Origin: Ferruginibacter sp.
GTDB lineage: Bacteria; Bacteroidota; Bacteroidia; Chitinophagales; Chitinophagaceae
Length of the DNA stretch: 64,000 nucleotides
NCBI GenBank assembly: GCA_039920545.1
Contig: JBDSDN010000015.1
Location: 3,122 to 67,121, forward strand
Direction of reading: 5' to 3'
Below, piece by piece: positions 61,066-64,000 of the stretch (position 1 is the stretch's first letter; every line of letters starts with the position of its first letter). Under the pieces are notes generated by a model. The model saw only the letters and a list, made by a program, of their open reading frames with translations. It ran no database searches and was not told the DNA's origin. The position numbers and the translations under genes were made by a program.

Positions 61066-64000
61066 TTAGCCGCTTTCTTTTTTCTTCTGAATAATTCATT
61101 AAATTTTTCATATTCCAGCGTTACCAAAAATGCAAGCCCGGTTTCCACTACATACCCATCCAGCACTACTTCAAATTGATTTTTTGTGTACGCTCTTAGC
61201 AAATATTTTCCGTCTTTGGTAAGTTTGTAGCCAATACTAACATCGGGCTTAAACCCGGTATTGGCACCTGAGGCTTTAGCTGCTGCATCCTGCCCCTGCA
61301 AGCCAAAATTTTGCCCCACGCTTACGGTAACCCTGTCATCTAGAAAAGTTTTACTTACTGCAATATTAAGATCGGTACGCTGTTGATTACCGCCCTGTGT
61401 GAAATCGTTATAAGAATTCAGATTTAGGTCTACATCAACGCCTTTAAATAAATCGCCGGCAATTTCATTTAAAGCCGAAGATAAAAATTGACTCACGCTT
61501 TGGCGGGCCAAATCAGAAAAATCCCCCCCGTTCCCTTTAAAAAAATCACTGCTTTGTTCTCCTACAAACCGGTTTAGTAAAAGCAACGAAAAAACCTGCT
61601 TATTGGTAGCAGCTGGGTCTGCCCGCAGTTGAGCTAATTTATTATCAATGGTAGACTTAAGGCCGCTGGTAAGCAAATTACTTTGTTCGGGCAATTGAAT
61701 GTCGAAATTTATTGTAGGTTGGCTTAACACACCATTTAAATATAATACAACTTTAAAGGGTAATTTTTGATTAAAGGAATTCCGGAGGGTGGGGCTTACA
61801 TCCCCTACTTCATTACTTAATAAATCTTTTGCAGAAGTATTTACAACATACTCTGCTGTAATATTTACCTGTGCATTTTGGGGCGCCCCTCCGAATGTTA
61901 TTGTACTCCCCTTAATCAACTTAAATTTCCTTTCCAGGAATTGATAATTCAGGTCGTAGTAACCATTATCTAATTCGTAGGTGCCAGCAAGAACAATATT
62001 TCCACCAGGGTCTACACCAACATTTAACTGAGCATCACCCTGCACTTTAATTTCATCACCTGTTACCGGATCAACAATTACTGTAAGCGTGGCATTTTTA
62101 TTTATTTCAAGATTTAAATTATAATTTATAAAAGCCCCAAAACCCGGTGTTGTTATTTTCTCCTGTTCAAAAGCAATTACCGGGGGATTAATATCAAATG
62201 TATCCCTGTCTATAAAGCGGACTATTGTTTTCCCTTCATCTTTCCCATAATTATTTTCGGGAAGCACAATTGTTAAATCACTTACATCATTTACATACAC
62301 ATCGCCTTGTATATCCGGGGCAGAAGAATTTCCTGTTATTGAAATATTTGCGTCTACTGAAGCATAGCCATAAAATTGATTATCTATCGCTTTTGGTGCA
62401 TTTACTAAAATAAAGTCTGTTGCATTTATATCCAGGTTAAGAGAGAAATCTGATAAGCTATTTGAAGAAATATAACCATCTATTTTCATTTTATTGTCCA
62501 GCGAATCGGAGATAATAAATTGAGGAAAAGTTATCCTCGGGTAATCTAAAACTATTTTTTGATTGTCTATTTTATATGGTGTTCCTAATTGTGTCAGGGT
62601 AAATCTAGTCGTATCGAAATCAAGCTCACCTTTCCAGTGTGGCTCAGCAAATTTGCCCTGCAGCATTAAATTGCCATGCAGGTCACCGGTTGAATTTTTC
62701 AGGCTCCCGGCCGCAAACGCTTCTAAAGTTTTTAAACTTAACTTTTTAATATTAACATCTGCATCAAATTCCTTTTCAGTATTGTTGAGATAATAATTCC
62801 CTTTAATAGATATGTCATTTTCATTTCCGGCTAAGTTAAGGTTGGCAACTATATTATTTTCGGATTGCTTTTCTGCAAAGGCGGTAATGTTTCCTACAAG
62901 GTGCTGAAGTATTTCTAAATTATTAATGCTGGCATTGCCGGTAAAAGCAGGAAGCTTTTTATCGAGGTCACTCACTTTAGCATTTATATTTAATAAACCA
63001 GCTGCAAATAGAGTATCTCCACTGGTAAGCGAGCTGATGCTTTTAAGATTGAAATTTTTAACATCAATATCTATTGGGCTATTGGGAACCAAAGCCTGGC
63101 TTTTAATATTGATTCTTGCAGTATCACTGTTAATCAAAAAATTATTTATAATAATTCCCTGTTTGGAATAGCTGATATAATTATCAGGTGCCACATTCCA
63201 TTTCTCATAATTCAGCAACAGATTATCTTTTAAACGAAAAGAGTAGACCCCATCTTTAATAAAAGCATCTCCACGGATGCCAAACCAATCCCGTTTTTTA
63301 TTATCTTTTGTTATGGCATTTAATGCAATGCTGTCGTGTGCAGCTGCGCCTGATATATTAGTTGCATAGAGAACATTAGATGCTGTACGCAGCGTATCAA
63401 ATTTCATTTCATAATTAATACGTTCATTTCTGGATTGGATATTAATTGCACCCTTACTTATGGAGTTGGTTTGATAGTTAAGTTTTGGGATATCGGCCTT
63501 AAAATTTAAAGCGCTGTCCGTATCAGCAGAAGTATAATTTCCTGAAAAGTTGATGTCATCATAATAAGATAATCCTGGGATAATTCCTGTAATGACCGGG
63601 CTTTTTTTAATCACTCCAAAAAATCCAATTTGTTGATCACTTACTGTTCCCGCAGCAGGCTGCATATCCGGGAACCGGTAATATTTACTAATGTACTGCT
63701 GAAGTGAAGCACCCACTTTATCATAATCAAATGCACCGCCAGCATGAATCTCGGCAAAAGGGGCCTTTAAATTAATTGAGTCAATACCGTTGGCAGACGT
63801 AGCTACCAGTGAGACCGTGTCCAGGTAAAATGAATTTTTACCCAGCTGTAAGCGGGTACTATCCAGAAAAAGACTTGCATCCAGGCTCCGGGGCCTAAGG
63901 CTGTTAGATTTCACTATTACATTGCCCGCAAAGTTGAGCGTGTCTTTATATAGATTTAGTTTTTGTAATTGAACGGTATCTACATTCAGCGTTGCATTAA
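61062..64000 (-). CDS. tamB: Translocation/assembly module TamB (DUF490), 3' part; N-terminus lies beyond the window
   Basis: The frame stays open from the track's start at 63914 to the window edge. C-terminal DUF490 features (GSTITFGG.P, NKQVFSLLLLNRF, ETGLAF); 4-bp overlap with the TamL gene. Confidence 0.88.
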   Translation of the reverse strand, partial: NATLNVDTVQLQKLNLYKDTLNFAGNVIVKSNSLRPRSLDASLFLDSTRLQLGKNSFYLDTVSLVATSANGIDSINLKAPFAEIHAGGAFDYDKVGASLQQYISKYYRFPDMQPAAGTVSDQQIGFFGVIKKSPVITGIIPGLSYYDDINFSGNYTSADTDSALNFKADIPKLNYQTNSISKGAINIQSRNERINYEMKFDTLRTASNVLYATNISGAAAHDSIALNAITKDNKKRDWFGIRGDAFIKDGVYSFRLKDNLLLNYEKWNVAPDNYISYSKQGIIINNFLINSDTARINIKSQALVPNSPIDIDVKNFNLKSISSLTSGDTLFAAGLLNINAKVSDLDKKLPAFTGNASINNLEILQHLVGNITAFAEKQSENNIVANLNLAGNENDISIKGNYYLNNTEKEFDADVNIKKLSLKTLEAFAAGSLKNSTGDLHGNLMLQGKFAEPHWKGELDFDTTRFTLTQLGTPYKIDNQKIVLDYPRITFPQFIISDSLDNKMKIDGYISSNSLSDFSLNLDINATDFILVNAPKAIDNQFYGYASVDANISITGNSSAPDIQGDVYVNDVSDLTIVLPENNYGKDEGKTIVRFIDRDTFDINPPVIAFEQEKITTPGFGAFINYNLNLEINKNATLTVIVDPVTGDEIKVQGDAQLNVGVDPGGNIVLAGTYELDNGYYDLNYQFLERKFKLIKGSTITFGGAPQNAQVNITAEYVVNTSAKDLLSNEVGDVSPTLRNSFNQKLPFKVVLYLNGVLSQPTINFDIQLPEQSNLLTSGLKSTIDNKLAQLRADPAATNKQVFSLLLLNRFVGEQSSDFFKGNGGDFSDLARQSVSQFLSSALNEIAGDLFKGVDVDLNLNSYNDFTQGGNQQRTDLNIAVSKTFLDDRVTVSVGQNFGLQGQDAAAKASGANTGFKPDVSIGYKLTKDGKYLLRAYTKNQFEVVLDGYVVETGLAFLVTLEYEKFNELFRRKKKAAK

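Noticed and set aside
1-64000. CRISPR arrays, tRNA/rRNA genes, IS elements, prophage
   Set aside because: No regularly spaced repeats, cloverleaf or rRNA-like segments, transposases, integrases or phage structural genes were seen by eye.

Overview
This is a 64-kb core-chromosome segment of an AT-rich Bacteroidota bacterium, most like Chitinophagaceae (TAnnTTTG promoter elements, A-rich translation starts, Rho with a long N-terminal insert, TamL/TamB). It holds about 55 mostly housekeeping genes, including recA, rho, asnS, gcvT, fabG, nadA, nadD, mqnC, mnmG and ybeY. I saw no rRNA, tRNA, CRISPR array, integrase, transposase or prophage. The main signals are non-coding or in small genes. (1) A probable replication origin lies upstream of nadA (40057-40613), with DnaA boxes and a tandem-box / GC spacer / DnaA-trio unwinding module. 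(2) Four degenerate parS-like sites sit directly upstream of an unannotated gene with a viral-type HNH motif, which is followed by mnmG. (3) A tail-less SSB is divergent from a Cys4 zinc-finger gene across 10-bp phased repeats. (4) A signal-peptide uORF ending in PPP precedes a SulP/carbonic anhydrase operon. (5) Tandem CTAA-N5-TTAG boxes overlap the recA promoter. (6) Four genes look leaderless, and at least one small protein is missing from the ORF track. All family assignments come from motif recognition, not database searches.
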